A DNA stretch of 64,000 bases from Methanomassiliicoccaceae archaeon (GCA_040776945.1 JAXGZN010000001.1:1042720-1106719); one strand, 5' to 3'. Shown: positions 29,915-39,955, counted from the first letter of the stretch. A program made the numbers and translations. The notes: a model not told the origin generated them from the letters alone.

Positions 29915-30691
29915 TCAATCCCTGAGGAAATCGTCGCAGTACAGCCTCTCGTTCAGCAGTACCCGCCCGGCTTTGATGGTGGCCATAAGCTCAGGGTCCT
30001 CGGGATCGCATATCGCGGCCGATAGGCCGGCCCCGAGAAGCATCGCCAGATAGGTCCGGTTCAGCAGACTGCGCTGCTTGGCACCGTTGGAGACATTGCT
30101 CAGGCCCACCACCGTGCGGGGGGCGGGCTCGTCAAGCGTCTGGAACATCTGCACCGCCTGAACCACCTTGCGGCCCTGGTCCTGGGCCGCCGAGGTCGGA
30201 AGCACCAGAGGGTCGAGGTACAGTCGGTCGGGCATGATGTCGTGCTCCATGGCCTTGGTCATCATGAGCATGGCCATCTCCGCCCGGGCGTCCGCCGAGT
30301 TCGGAACGCCCCTTTCGTCCATGCATAGGCATATGATCTCTGCGCCGTGCTCTCGGCACAACGGGAAGAACCTGTCCATTCGTTTTTCCTCAGCGGTGGT
30401 GGAGTTCATGATGACCCTGTTCTTGGCGGCCTTTAGCCCAGCCTCCATGGTCCGGGGGCCGGAGGTATCAAGGGACAGCGGTGCCGTGGTGACCTCCTGC
30501 ACTGTCGACACCAGCCATTCCATCGCCGCCGGCCCGTCATCGCGTCCCGGTCCAACGTTGATGTCCAAGGCCTCGGCGCCATGCTCCAGCTGGCGAACGG
30601 CGAGCTCCTGGATGAATCTGGCGTCCCGGCGGTCTATCGCTCTACCTACCGATGCGAACTGTCCATTGATCCTCTCAGAGATGATGAGCAT
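29915..30691 (-). CDS. acsE: Methyl-H4folate:corrinoid Fe-S protein methyltransferase
   Basis: MLIISERING, LDINVG, LSLDT, IMNSTTAE, YLDPLVLP, TVVGLSNVSNG, LLNRTYLAML. Confidence 0.9.
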   Translation of the reverse strand: MLIISERINGQFASVGRAIDRRDARFIQELAVRQLEHGAEALDINVGPGRDDGPAAMEWLVSTVQEVTTAPLSLDTSGPRTMEAGLKAAKNRVIMNSTTAEEKRMDRFFPLCREHGAEIICLCMDERGVPNSADARAEMAMLMMTKAMEHDIMPDRLYLDPLVLPTSAAQDQGRKVVQAVQMFQTLDEPAPRTVVGLSNVSNGAKQRSLLNRTYLAMLLGAGLSAAICDPEDPELMATIKAGRVLLNERLYCDDFLRD

Positions 30692-30831
30692 GCTTCCGGT
30701 GCGAAAAAGGCCGCAATGTGATAAAAGCATATCTGCCGCCGGCCGATGGCCAGCGCGGCCATAGGGAAAGCTGCCGTCCAATCCCAAAGTAGTTAATGCC
30801 GATGAAGGATAGGAGCACCCTGTGAGGCACG

Positions 30832-31167
30832 ATGAAGCGCGACTTTGAGGAAGAAGAACGTGATGAGGAAGAGGACCTGGAAGCAGATGAGGAGGGGTTC
30901 GATGAGGAGGAGCCGATCATGGCCGAGAACGCCGTTGTGGACGTGGCGTTCGGCGAGCCCGACGACGGACCCGAGGAAGAGCAGAGGGTCATTGACTGGG
31001 TGTCGAGCTTTCCTCCAGGTGAGTTCCAGAGGCAGGTGGCCGACCTGTTCCTCTCGGACGGGGAGATCTACGTCATGATGGACAAGATGACCGTCGTGCT
31101 CCCCCTTGTGGAGCTGTTCAGGCTCCTGCAGAGCTCGGGGGCGGTCCGGGAAATGGAAGAGCAGTGA
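30832..31167 (+). CDS. Acidic hypothetical protein
   Basis: 111 aa with an E/D-rich N-terminus, GC3-biased codons, and a downstream hairpin. Confidence 0.6.
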   Translation: MKRDFEEEERDEEEDLEADEEGFDEEEPIMAENAVVDVAFGEPDDGPEEEQRVIDWVSSFPPGEFQRQVADLFLSDGEIYVMMDKMTVVLPLVELFRLLQSSGAVREMEEQ

Positions 31168-31174
31168 GGGCCCA

Positions 31175-31197
31175 GGCCGCCGGGTGGCCCGGCGGCC
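31175..31197 (+). terminator. GC hairpin
   Basis: GGCCGCCGGG-TGG-CCCGGCGGCC, a perfect 10-bp stem just after the stop at 31167. Confidence 0.45.
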
Positions 31198-31279
31198 GAG
31201 AACATTCATTAACAACCTCGGGATATTCCCTTGGCAAACTGTTCTCTCAGCTTGCCTCACTCGCTTTGGAGGCTATGAT

Positions 31280-32836
31280 TTGGTCAAGATCGAACGCGCC
31301 CTGATAAGCGTGTCCAACAAGGACGGCATCGTCGATTTCGCCCGTAGGCTAAAGGACCATGGGGTCGAGATCATCTCCACCGGGGGCACCGCGCTACTGC
31401 TGGAACGAAATGGAATAAAGACGACCAGCATCTCCGACGTCACTGGATTCCCGGAGATGATGGACGGCCGGGTGAAGACGCTGCACCCCAACATCCACGC
31501 GGCGCTGTTGGCCCGAAGGGACCACCCGGAGCACATGAGGCAGCTTGAGAGGATCAAGGTCAAGAAGATCGACATGGTGGTGGTGAACCTCTATCCCTTC
31601 CGCGACACCGTGAAAAAGCCGGGGGTCACGCTGGATGAGGTGATCGAGAACATCGACATCGGCGGGCCGTCGATGATAAGGGCCGCGGCCAAGAACTATG
31701 AGGCCGTGGCAGTGGTCACCGAGCCGGCGCGCTACGGGCCTCTGCTCGAGGAGATGAGCGTGAACGGGGGCAGCATCGGAAAGGAGACGCTCAAGGCATT
31801 GATGCTGGAGGCGTTCCGCTCCACCGCGAACTATGACGCGATGATCGCTCAGCATCTTGCCGGGGAGTTCCCGGGGCCCCTGTTCCCCTCTACGCTCACG
31901 ATAGGCATGGAGAAGGTCCAGGACCTCCGGTACGGCGAGAACCCAAGCCAGAAGGCGGCCTTCTATGGCGATCCCTTCGTTACAGGCGTCGCCGTCTCCA
32001 GAATGAAGCAGCTTCATGGCAAGGAACTGTCGTTCAACAACATCCTGGACATCGAGTCCGCGCTCTCTCTGCTCAGGGAGTTCGAGGACCGAGCCTGCGC
32101 AGTGGTGATCAAGCACACCAACCCTTGCGGCATCGCCTGCGATGACGACATATATGACGCGTTCATGGTCGCCTACAACGTGGACCCCATCGCTGCGTTC
32201 GGCTGCGTCATCGGCCTCAACCGGGAGTGCGATGTGAGGACCGCGGAGGAGATATCCAAGCACTTCGTGGAGATAGTTTTCGCGCCCTCCTTCGAGCCGG
32301 CGGCTCTGGAGCTTCTAAGCAAGAAGAAGAACATCCGCCTGATGACCACCCCTGGCCCCATAACCCTCGCGGACGCGCCTAAGATCAAACTGAAGCATGT
32401 CAAGGGCGGCATGCTGGTGCAGACCGCTGACAACTACCAGGTCACAGAGGAGAACCTGAAGGTCGTGACCAAGCGCGCCCCGACCCCTGAGGAGATCAAG
32501 ACAATGCTTTTCGCCAACCGGATATGCAAGCACATATGGTCCAACACCGTCATCCTCGCGAAGGGAGAGAGGGCGGTAGGGATCGGGGCCGGGCAGATGT
32601 CTAGGGTGGACTCGTCGTTCATCGCCGCCCACAAGGCCGGCGAGAACGCCAAGGGCTCGGTCATCGCCTCGGACGCCTTCTTCCCCTTCCGCGACGGCGT
32701 GGACGAAGCTGCAAAGGCTGGGGCCACGGCGATCATACAGCCTGGGGGCAGCATCCGGGACCAGGAGGTAATCGACGCAGCAAACGAGCACAACATGGCG
32801 ATGGTGTTCACCGGGGTCCGGGTTTTCCGGCACTGA
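31280..32836 (+). CDS. purH: Bifunctional AICAR transformylase/IMP cyclohydrolase
   Basis: RALISVSNK, GRVKTLHP, ENIDIGGPSMIRAAAKN, LRYGENP, KHTNPCG, GAGQMSRVDS, ASDAFFPF, TGVRVFRH. Probable TTG start. Confidence 0.95.
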   Translation: MVKIERALISVSNKDGIVDFARRLKDHGVEIISTGGTALLLERNGIKTTSISDVTGFPEMMDGRVKTLHPNIHAALLARRDHPEHMRQLERIKVKKIDMVVVNLYPFRDTVKKPGVTLDEVIENIDIGGPSMIRAAAKNYEAVAVVTEPARYGPLLEEMSVNGGSIGKETLKALMLEAFRSTANYDAMIAQHLAGEFPGPLFPSTLTIGMEKVQDLRYGENPSQKAAFYGDPFVTGVAVSRMKQLHGKELSFNNILDIESALSLLREFEDRACAVVIKHTNPCGIACDDDIYDAFMVAYNVDPIAAFGCVIGLNRECDVRTAEEISKHFVEIVFAPSFEPAALELLSKKKNIRLMTTPGPITLADAPKIKLKHVKGGMLVQTADNYQVTEENLKVVTKRAPTPEEIKTMLFANRICKHIWSNTVILAKGERAVGIGAGQMSRVDSSFIAAHKAGENAKGSVIASDAFFPFRDGVDEAAKAGATAIIQPGGSIRDQEVIDAANEHNMAMVFTGVRVFRH

Positions 32837-33332
32837 CCGGGGCCCCGGTCATCTCCAGGAGGTCGTTGGGCCGCATGGTGCGCACCGACCGCACATGCGA
32901 GAACCTGCCCTCATTGGAGCACACCACCGCGCCGGGTATGCTGCGGCCGATTGCAAGTATGAGGGAATCGACCATGGACAGCCCCTCCCCCCGGCGGCTG
33001 AGCTTGTCCCCCTTTCCAATACGGACGTAATTGGCCTCCCTGATGAGGTCCATGGCGATCATGGCGTGCTCCTCCTCCACCGACTGGACCCGGATGTGCG
33101 GGAGTGCCAGGAGCTTCCTTAAGGTCTTTCTGGCCCGGTCCGGGTCCTTTGTGACGTCCAGGACAACATAGAAGACCTCGACCAGGACCGGGGTCGGCAA
33201 TATGCCGGTGAACTCGCCCTGCTCCACCCTTTGGAGCAGCTCGACCGAGCCGCGGCTCCGGGCATCGCGGGAGCGGACGAATGCGTCGATGATCACGTTC
33301 GTGTCAACGATCACCGGCCTAGGAGCGGACAT
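32808..33332 (-). CDS. vapC: PIN-domain (VapC-like) toxin
   Basis: VIVDTNVII, PVLVEV, LSMVDSLILA. Confidence 0.85.
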   Translation of the reverse strand: MSAPRPVIVDTNVIIDAFVRSRDARSRGSVELLQRVEQGEFTGILPTPVLVEVFYVVLDVTKDPDRARKTLRKLLALPHIRVQSVEEEHAMIAMDLIREANYVRIGKGDKLSRRGEGLSMVDSLILAIGRSIPGAVVCSNEGRFSHVRSVRTMRPNDLLEMTGAPVSAGKPGPR

Positions 33333-33570
33333 CCCTCACCTTCTTTCTCAGCTCGCGGACGTCTATTGCGCAGTCTTCCAGGCAGCCGATGATGTCGCTG
33401 CATCGAGAGATGTCCTGCTCCCTGCCCTCCTCGCCGCGCACAGGCAACAGCCGTTCAAGGGCATCGACCCTTGCCTCCAGCGCATCCAGGCGCCTCTCGG
33501 TGGAGCCTATGGTCCTTGGTCCCCGGTCTCGGGACCTACGCTTTCCAGTTGCTCTCTCGGCCATGAGCAC
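33319..33570 (-). CDS. Putative antitoxin
   Basis: Small ORF overlapping the vapC start; coiled-coil RLDALEARVDALE; C-terminal IIGCL...DVRELRKKVR. Confidence 0.6.
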   Translation of the reverse strand: MLMAERATGKRRSRDRGPRTIGSTERRLDALEARVDALERLLPVRGEEGREQDISRCSDIIGCLEDCAIDVRELRKKVRDVRS

Positions 33571-33617
33571 CGGCCCTCAGATGGCAGTTGTAGGGATAAA
33601 TGATGTTGGGCCGCGGG

Positions 33618-35333
33618 TCATGCCGGGCCGCCCTGTACCTTCTGCTCGCCCTCCATCTTCCTCGATGCAAGATGGAGCGCTCCGCCGGCGATCATAAGCA
33701 CGCCGGCAACGACCAGCAGGTACGCTCCCAGGCCTATCCCCCATTGCACGCCAACGGTCCCGAGGTCCGAGGTTGTCACGCTCTTCTCTCCGCCGAACGG
33801 GCTGGAGGCCATAACGTCGATGATGGTCTCTATCGAACGGTCTTCGGCAGGCGCGAGGGAGGCCACTACGCTGCCCACGGAGGCTATGGCGATCACCACA
33901 GCGATCAGGGGAAGGAACATCGCAATGCCCCTGGTTATGCTCTTGCGGCCGATCCTTGTCCGCTCAGCTGCCACTGTGGACATGACGAAGGCCAGCAGGC
34001 CGACGACGATGAACGCCCATAGGGGCACTGGCAGCGCACCTATCTGTACGACCCCCATCTCCAGGTCGAGGGTGTTGATCTGGATGCCGGATATGCCGTC
34101 GATGTTGAGCACCTTCTCATATCCAGTGGTGGTGAACTCCGAGGTGTTGGCGTCGATCGATGCTGTGTAGAACGGCATGAACGCCGCCACCAGGCCGATG
34201 ATGATCCCGGCGATGACCAGCACATTCGCGATCCCCCGGCGGCCTCTGAGGTCCAGCAGCTCCACGTACGGGGGGCGCAGCTCCCCGGCACGTCGCTTCC
34301 TCACCGCTCTCCGGACCATGAGGAAGAGCGGCACAAGCAGTAGGGCGATCAGGATGAGGGCGAGATATGAAAGGACCAGTTCCACGGTCAGCATGGTGCC
34401 GTCCAGCGCAGCACGCGAATCCGCCCACGCGATGCTCCACATCTGTCCGTCCATGCGGAATGCCGGTCCGAACGGGCCGCGCTGCCCCATGGCCTCCGAC
34501 GCCGGGGCGCCCCAGTCCCCCCACCTTCCTGAGTAGTCTATCCAAGACTGTGATGCAGGATGGTTGCCTGCCCCAAGCTCTCCGAGTAGCACGAGATCGT
34601 AGTCTGCGGACCTCAGCACCTTGCCGTTGCCGCCCACCACATCCTGAGCCGGCCCCATGGTGCCCTGGTACGGACGATAATAGTTGGCGTGGCTTCCCCT
34701 CGCGACGTAAACGACCGGAGCGGAGCCGTCCTTCTCCACCTGGCCCCAGGCGGCCTTCTGGCCCTGTTCGTGCTGGCTGTAGGCGGCATATGAAGGGACC
34801 TTGGAGGCATCGAGGACGACCTCGACCATCTCCCAATCACCCTCATGGTTGTTGAACGTGCCTCCATTGAACACGTAGAAGAACCAATACTGGATGCCGA
34901 TCCCCGTCGAGTCCGAGGTGACCCGGGCATAGACAGTGTGGCCCGCACCAGACCCGTTGGCCCTGTATTCGTCTATTATGCCCCCATCGGTCAGGTTGCC
35001 GGCGCGATGGTCGAGATAGTAGTTCCGGGACGGATCGGCGTATCCGCCCAGCGTCGTCGCGCTGGGCGTTGACGTCACCAGAACAGACGAGCTCCCAACG
35101 GCCTCCTTGAGGTCGCATCGATCGATGAAGTAGGAGACATCGACAGGGAAGACCTGCTCCCCGGAATTGAACTTCAGGACGGGGGCGTACAAGGCAGCAA
35201 GGTCGCGCTTCTCTTGGTCCGTGAGAGCCGGAGCGGCCGAGACGTTCATCATAGGGACGAGCAATGCGGATGACAGCAGGATCGCCGCAACGATCGCGAT
35301 GGTCAGGGCTACAGTTCTCTTGGACTTGGACAT
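33618..35333 (-). CDS. Vps62/DUF946-like secreted domain fused to a multi-TM C-terminus
   Basis: Signal peptide; YAPVLKF...EQVFPV, QYWFFYVFN, HEGDWE, AYSQH, PVVYVARGSHANY, YSGRWG; about five C-terminal TM segments. Confidence 0.75.
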   Translation of the reverse strand: MSKSKRTVALTIAIVAAILLSSALLVPMMNVSAAPALTDQEKRDLAALYAPVLKFNSGEQVFPVDVSYFIDRCDLKEAVGSSSVLVTSTPSATTLGGYADPSRNYYLDHRAGNLTDGGIIDEYRANGSGAGHTVYARVTSDSTGIGIQYWFFYVFNGGTFNNHEGDWEMVEVVLDASKVPSYAAYSQHEQGQKAAWGQVEKDGSAPVVYVARGSHANYYRPYQGTMGPAQDVVGGNGKVLRSADYDLVLLGELGAGNHPASQSWIDYSGRWGDWGAPASEAMGQRGPFGPAFRMDGQMWSIAWADSRAALDGTMLTVELVLSYLALILIALLLVPLFLMVRRAVRKRRAGELRPPYVELLDLRGRRGIANVLVIAGIIIGLVAAFMPFYTASIDANTSEFTTTGYEKVLNIDGISGIQINTLDLEMGVVQIGALPVPLWAFIVVGLLAFVMSTVAAERTRIGRKSITRGIAMFLPLIAVVIAIASVGSVVASLAPAEDRSIETIIDVMASSPFGGEKSVTTSDLGTVGVQWGIGLGAYLLVVAGVLMIAGGALHLASRKMEGEQKVQGGPA

Positions 35334-35584
35334 GGTACTCTCCACCCGGCGTTCTGAACAGAGGGATGATGGAGCCAGTAATTAACATTATTCTCTTAGA
35401 TGATAAATATCCATAGAAAGGCCGCCTGCATGGATAAGGGCAGCGCTCGAGCGCATTAAAGTGCCGGTGATGGGGCCGCGGCCTGGAGCTGGACGAGCGC
35501 CGCTCCGTGCCATTGCCAGAAGGCCGTCGGATTAGGAAGACAGCATAAAAACCGATCACGAAATCGTGGACGGTGCGGTCCAAG

Positions 35585-35628
35585 ATAATCATCATAATTA
35601 TTCATAATCTATCATAATCTTTAATAAC
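35585..35628. repeat. 10-bp-phased ATAAT array upstream of the gamma-CA operon
   Basis: ATAAT at 35585, 35594, 35604 and 35614, and ATAAC at 35624 (consensus about ATCATAATCT). Confidence 0.6.
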
Positions 35629-35649
35629 AAAGAACGGATAGGCAAAGCG

Positions 35650-36204
35650 ATGAGGACAGCGGTGGAGATCGGGATGCCGAAGATCAGCCGCAGCGCGTTC
35701 GTGGACCGCTCCGCCGCCGTCATCGGGGACGTGACCATAGGTGACGATGTGTACATCGCTCCTAACGCCTCCATCCGCGCGGACGAGCCTGGCTCGAAGA
35801 TGATCATTGGGGAAGAATGCAACGTCCAGGACAACGCAGTGCTTCACGCGGTGAGCGGCTCCGAGCTGCGCGTTGGGAAAGGGAGCACGTTGGCCCATGG
35901 ATGCATTGTCCATGGGCCATGCACCGTCGGCGAGGGCCGTTCCATCGGTTTCGGCAGCGTGGTGTTCCAAAGCGCCCTGATGGACGGCTGCGTGGTCATG
36001 CACCGCGCTTTCGTCCACGGGGCGACAGTGCCCGCAGAGCGCCTCATCGCCGGCGGGGCCATCATCGACGGTCATCTGGGTCATAGCGATCACTTCGAGG
36101 TGCCGGAGGACATAGCACGGTTCGTGGGATCGGTGCGGTACGCCAATGTCGAGCTGGGCCTCAGGTACCGACAGGGCGAGCGGCGCGGTCCTAGGGATGG
36201 ATAG
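35650..36204 (+). CDS. Gamma-class carbonic anhydrase family protein
   Basis: Hexapeptide repeats; SIRADE, NVQDNAVLHA, TLAHGCIVHGP (three His ligands). Confidence 0.85.
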   Translation: MRTAVEIGMPKISRSAFVDRSAAVIGDVTIGDDVYIAPNASIRADEPGSKMIIGEECNVQDNAVLHAVSGSELRVGKGSTLAHGCIVHGPCTVGEGRSIGFGSVVFQSALMDGCVVMHRAFVHGATVPAERLIAGGAIIDGHLGHSDHFEVPEDIARFVGSVRYANVELGLRYRQGERRGPRDG

Positions 36205-36526
36205 TGGTGAAGCAGAAATGTTAAATCAGGAAAACCGCTCATCGCCAATGAAGGCATTGGAGGAAGATACGAAATGGGTCCTGGGCGTGGACCGGCGCCT
36301 GGTCGTGATAAGGGCGCTGGACACCGATGGCGCGTTCAGCGCTTCAGAGGTGGCCGAGAGGACAGGCCGCTCCGTTCAGAACGTCAGCCGGGCAATGGAC
36401 GAGATGGAGACCATGGGCCTGATCGAGTGCCTGACCCCTGAGAAGCATAGCTGGAAGCGCTATATCCTGACCGAAAGAGGGAAGAAGGTCATCCACGACC
36501 TCAAAGGCAGGAAGATGATACACTGA
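36197..36526 (+). CDS. Winged-helix transcriptional regulator
   Basis: SASEVAERTGRSVQNVSRAMDEMETMGLIEC...YILTERG. Confidence 0.8.
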   Translation: MDSGEAEMLNQENRSSPMKALEEDTKWVLGVDRRLVVIRALDTDGAFSASEVAERTGRSVQNVSRAMDEMETMGLIECLTPEKHSWKRYILTERGKKVIHDLKGRKMIH

Positions 36527-36563
36527 CGGCCCATATGATGGCAAAGGAAGGAGCGAGAACACC

Positions 36564-38030
36564 ATGATCCCCAAGATACCACGCTGCATGAGCACCCAGC
36601 ACCCAGATAATGTCAACGCGCCCTTCTTCGCTGAGAGCTCGGAGATGGGAGGGGAGGACGAGATACAGGAGGCGTACTATGTGTTCTCGCACCTGGACTG
36701 TGAGGAGCAGATGTGGGACTGCGAGGGCAAGGAGGTCGACAACTACGTGGTCAAGAAGCTCCTCTCCAAGTACGATTGGTACTTCAAGGAGAAACAGCTG
36801 GGAAAGGACGTGTTCCTCACCCTTAGGGTCCCGAACCCATCGGTGGAGAAGGACGAGGCAAAGATCCTGCTGGAGACGCTGGAGTCGATACCCCGCTCCT
36901 TCGACACGGCCAAGCTGTTCTACGCCAACGACATCCCGCCCATATTCGAGGTCATCCTCCCGATGGCCGCCTCGGCGACCTCCCTGGACCGCATCTACCG
37001 CTACTACCACGACTTCGTCATCGGCAAGCAGCACATGACCTTCGGCAAGACCAAGGGCACGCTCGCCGACTGGATCGGCACATTCGAGCCTGACAACATC
37101 AACGTCATCCCGCTGTTCGAGGACCTCGAACACATGATGGACGCGCACAACATCACCCGCGACTACATGAAGGACAAGGAGCTAGAACACCAACGGGTGT
37201 TCCTCGCCCGCTCCGACCCGGCAATGAACTATGGGCAGGCAAGTGCCATACTCATGAACAAGATCGCGCTGTACAACTTCCAGCTGCTGGAAGAGGAGAC
37301 CGGGGTCAGCATCCAGCCGATCATCGGGGTCGGCTCCGCGCCGTTCCGGGGCAATCTGAAGCCATCGAACGTGGACCATATCATGGGAGAGTACCCCTCG
37401 GTGCAGACCTTTACCGTCCAGTCCGCGTTCAAGTACGACTATTCACACGACGATGTACGCGAAGGCATCCGGGCGATCAACGACGGCTCGAGATCGAAGG
37501 CCATGGAGGTCGATCCCCAGCGGTGCAAGGAGATAATATCCAAATGCTCCGCTTCCTACCGGGAGAAGATCATCAAGCTCGCGCCGCTCATCAATGAGGC
37601 GGCGAGCTATGTCCCGAGGAGGAGGAAGAGGAAGCTGCACATCGGGCTGTTCGGATACTCCCGCAGCCTTGAGGGCGTCGTTCTTCCCCGGGCAATCGGC
37701 TTCTGCTGCGCCTTCTATTCTGTAGGCATACCCCCGGAGATCCTTGGCCTTGATGCGCTGGACGACAGCGACCTGGATTACTTGAGACAGGTCAGCCCTC
37801 ATTTCGATGACAACATGAAGGACGCGTTGCGGTTCATGAACCCCGCATCCCTAAAGACCCTGCCCCTGAAGGTCCGCATGTCCATAGACAACCTGGACCT
37901 CGACTACGAAACGGACGAGGAACATTGCGCGATAACCTCACTGATCATGGACAATCTGAAGAACAGCACCGGCAAGGGGATGGAGGAGTCGGTCCTGCGG
38001 GCCGCGCATTTAAGAGGGTTCCTGGGCTGA
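36564..38030 (+). CDS. ppcA: Archaeal-type phosphoenolpyruvate carboxylase
   Basis: IPRCMSTQHPDN, MWDCEGKEVD, IPLFED, RVFLARSDPAMNYG, GSAPFRG, LPRAIGF, RGFLG. Confidence 0.95.
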   Translation: MIPKIPRCMSTQHPDNVNAPFFAESSEMGGEDEIQEAYYVFSHLDCEEQMWDCEGKEVDNYVVKKLLSKYDWYFKEKQLGKDVFLTLRVPNPSVEKDEAKILLETLESIPRSFDTAKLFYANDIPPIFEVILPMAASATSLDRIYRYYHDFVIGKQHMTFGKTKGTLADWIGTFEPDNINVIPLFEDLEHMMDAHNITRDYMKDKELEHQRVFLARSDPAMNYGQASAILMNKIALYNFQLLEEETGVSIQPIIGVGSAPFRGNLKPSNVDHIMGEYPSVQTFTVQSAFKYDYSHDDVREGIRAINDGSRSKAMEVDPQRCKEIISKCSASYREKIIKLAPLINEAASYVPRRRKRKLHIGLFGYSRSLEGVVLPRAIGFCCAFYSVGIPPEILGLDALDDSDLDYLRQVSPHFDDNMKDALRFMNPASLKTLPLKVRMSIDNLDLDYETDEEHCAITSLIMDNLKNSTGKGMEESVLRAAHLRGFLG

Positions 38031-38086
38031 GCTTGGAGCGGTCAGGTCGGTGCATTTAATAGCTGCGCCGGGCCTTTCGCCCACTC

Positions 38087-39955
38087 ATGGGCCACACGGT
38101 CACCTTCTACCCGGGCGGCACGGTAGTAGAGGTTCAGGACGGGGAGACAGTGCTGGACGCGGCCGTGGCCGCGGGAGTGCAGGTCAACAGCGTATGCGGC
38201 GGCAAGGGCACCTGCGGCAAATGCCTTGTCATCGTGGACGGGCCGACCGGATCAGAGACCAGGAAGCTGAGCCCTGAAGAGCACCAGCTGGGCTACCGCC
38301 TCGCTTGCCAGACCACGGTGCGGGGCGATATCACGGTGTTCATACCCGAGGAGGCACAGGTCAGCGAGCATCAGATACTCGCCGGATACCACGGTCGTCA
38401 GGCACCGGACCTAACGCCGCTCACGGAGGTGATGAGGCTCGACCTTAACGCGCCATCACTGGAGGATAATCTGGCGGACCTGGAACGGGTCGCCTGTGCG
38501 CTCGGGGAGAAAGGGATTGCCATCTCCCTTCCGCTCCTCAGAGAGCTGCCAAGACTCCTGCGCGAAGGGGGCTGGCAGCTCTCGGTCATGTTGACCCGCC
38601 TGGGAGGAAACGCTCGACTGCTGGCATTGGAGAAGGGCGCGAAAGGGATCCCCAATTATGGGATGGCCATCGACATTGGGACCACTACGGTGGCCGCGGA
38701 GCTGGTGGACCTCAACAATGGAAAGGTGGTGGCGCAAGCATCGGACTACAACCGTCAGTTGGTGTGCGGGGAGGACATCCTGTCGCGCATCGCCTATGCC
38801 GAGGAGAAGGGGCTCACGAGGCTGACGGAGCTTGTATTGGACACCGTGAACGGCCTGATCGCCCAATTATGCGCGGAAAGGGACAAGCAGCGAAAGTACC
38901 ACTCCGGCACCTGCAGCGATGACGTCGCGTCCATCGTTGTCAGCGCCAACACCGCCATGGTGCACATGCTGCTGGGCCTCGACCCGAAGAACATCCGATA
39001 CTCGCCTTACATACCGATCGCCAATGTTCCGCCCTCCCTTTCCGCGTCGGACATAGGCCTGCGGGCGCTCCCCGATGCCCCGGTCCACATCGTTCCGGGC
39101 CGGGCTGCGTACGTGGGCGGGGACATAACCTCGGACATACTGCTCTCCGGCATGCACACGAGCGATGAGCTGGCCTTGCTCATAGACGTGGGCACCAACG
39201 GCGAGGTCGTCCTGGGCGGGAAGGACTGGATCGTAGGCTGCTCGACATCCGCGGGACCGGCCTTCGAGGGAGGGGAGGTCTCCTGCGGCATGCGGGCCAT
39301 GACCGGGGCCATAGATAAGGTGTGCATCTCCGAGAGAGAGATCAGCATCTCCACCATAGGGAACGCCAAGCCCCGGGGCATATGCGGCTCGGGACTTATC
39401 GACCTCATCGCCCAGATGTTCCTCCATGGGTACTTGGACAAGAAGGGCAGGATCAACGCCAGCCACGCAGAGAGAGTGCGGGCCAGCGGCGAGGGCATGG
39501 AGTTCATCGTGAACCGGCCGAACGGGTCAAGGCCGATAGCGGTCAGTGACGATGACATCGCCAGCGTCATCCGGACCAAGGCGGCGATATACGCGGGATG
39601 CTCGGTCCTCCTCCAGTCCGTGGACAAGAGGTTCACGGACCTAGACAAGGTGTACATCGCCGGAGGGTTCGGCAGCTACATCAACATCGAGAACGCCCAG
39701 ACCATCGGCCTGTTGCCCGACATCCCCCGCGGCAAGTTCAAGCTATTGGGCAACGGTTCTCTGGGCGGCGCAAGGCTGTGCCTGCAGTCCCAGACTATGA
39801 GGGCCGAGGCCTTCGACATCTACTCAATGATGACCTACCTCGACCTCTCATCCTCCAAGGAGTTCTTCGACCAGTACTCCTCCGCGCTTTTCTTGCCGCA
39901 CACCGAGATAGACCAGTTCCCGATGGTGAGGGAGCGGTTGGATGCGAACAGGTGA
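38087..39955 (+). CDS. Reductive activator of corrinoid proteins (RACo/AcsV; ASKHA ATPase with [2Fe-2S])
   Basis: CGGKGTCGKC...RLACQ, AIDIGTTT, YVGGDI, LIDVGTNGE, SAGPAFEG, GICGSG, IAGGFG. Confidence 0.9.
   Translation: MGHTVTFYPGGTVVEVQDGETVLDAAVAAGVQVNSVCGGKGTCGKCLVIVDGPTGSETRKLSPEEHQLGYRLACQTTVRGDITVFIPEEAQVSEHQILAGYHGRQAPDLTPLTEVMRLDLNAPSLEDNLADLERVACALGEKGIAISLPLLRELPRLLREGGWQLSVMLTRLGGNARLLALEKGAKGIPNYGMAIDIGTTTVAAELVDLNNGKVVAQASDYNRQLVCGEDILSRIAYAEEKGLTRLTELVLDTVNGLIAQLCAERDKQRKYHSGTCSDDVASIVVSANTAMVHMLLGLDPKNIRYSPYIPIANVPPSLSASDIGLRALPDAPVHIVPGRAAYVGGDITSDILLSGMHTSDELALLIDVGTNGEVVLGGKDWIVGCSTSAGPAFEGGEVSCGMRAMTGAIDKVCISEREISISTIGNAKPRGICGSGLIDLIAQMFLHGYLDKKGRINASHAERVRASGEGMEFIVNRPNGSRPIAVSDDDIASVIRTKAAIYAGCSVLLQSVDKRFTDLDKVYIAGGFGSYINIENAQTIGLLPDIPRGKFKLLGNGSLGGARLCLQSQTMRAEAFDIYSMMTYLDLSSSKEFFDQYSSALFLPHTEIDQFPMVRERLDANR

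Noticed and set aside
29915-30691. Dihydropteroate synthase (folP)
   Set aside because: Same fold, but the ERING, GLSNVS and LLNRTYL motifs and the context match the AcsE methyltransferase
31168-31279. ZTP riboswitch upstream of purH
   Set aside because: Only a simple GC hairpin is present; I could not find the ZTP consensus elements
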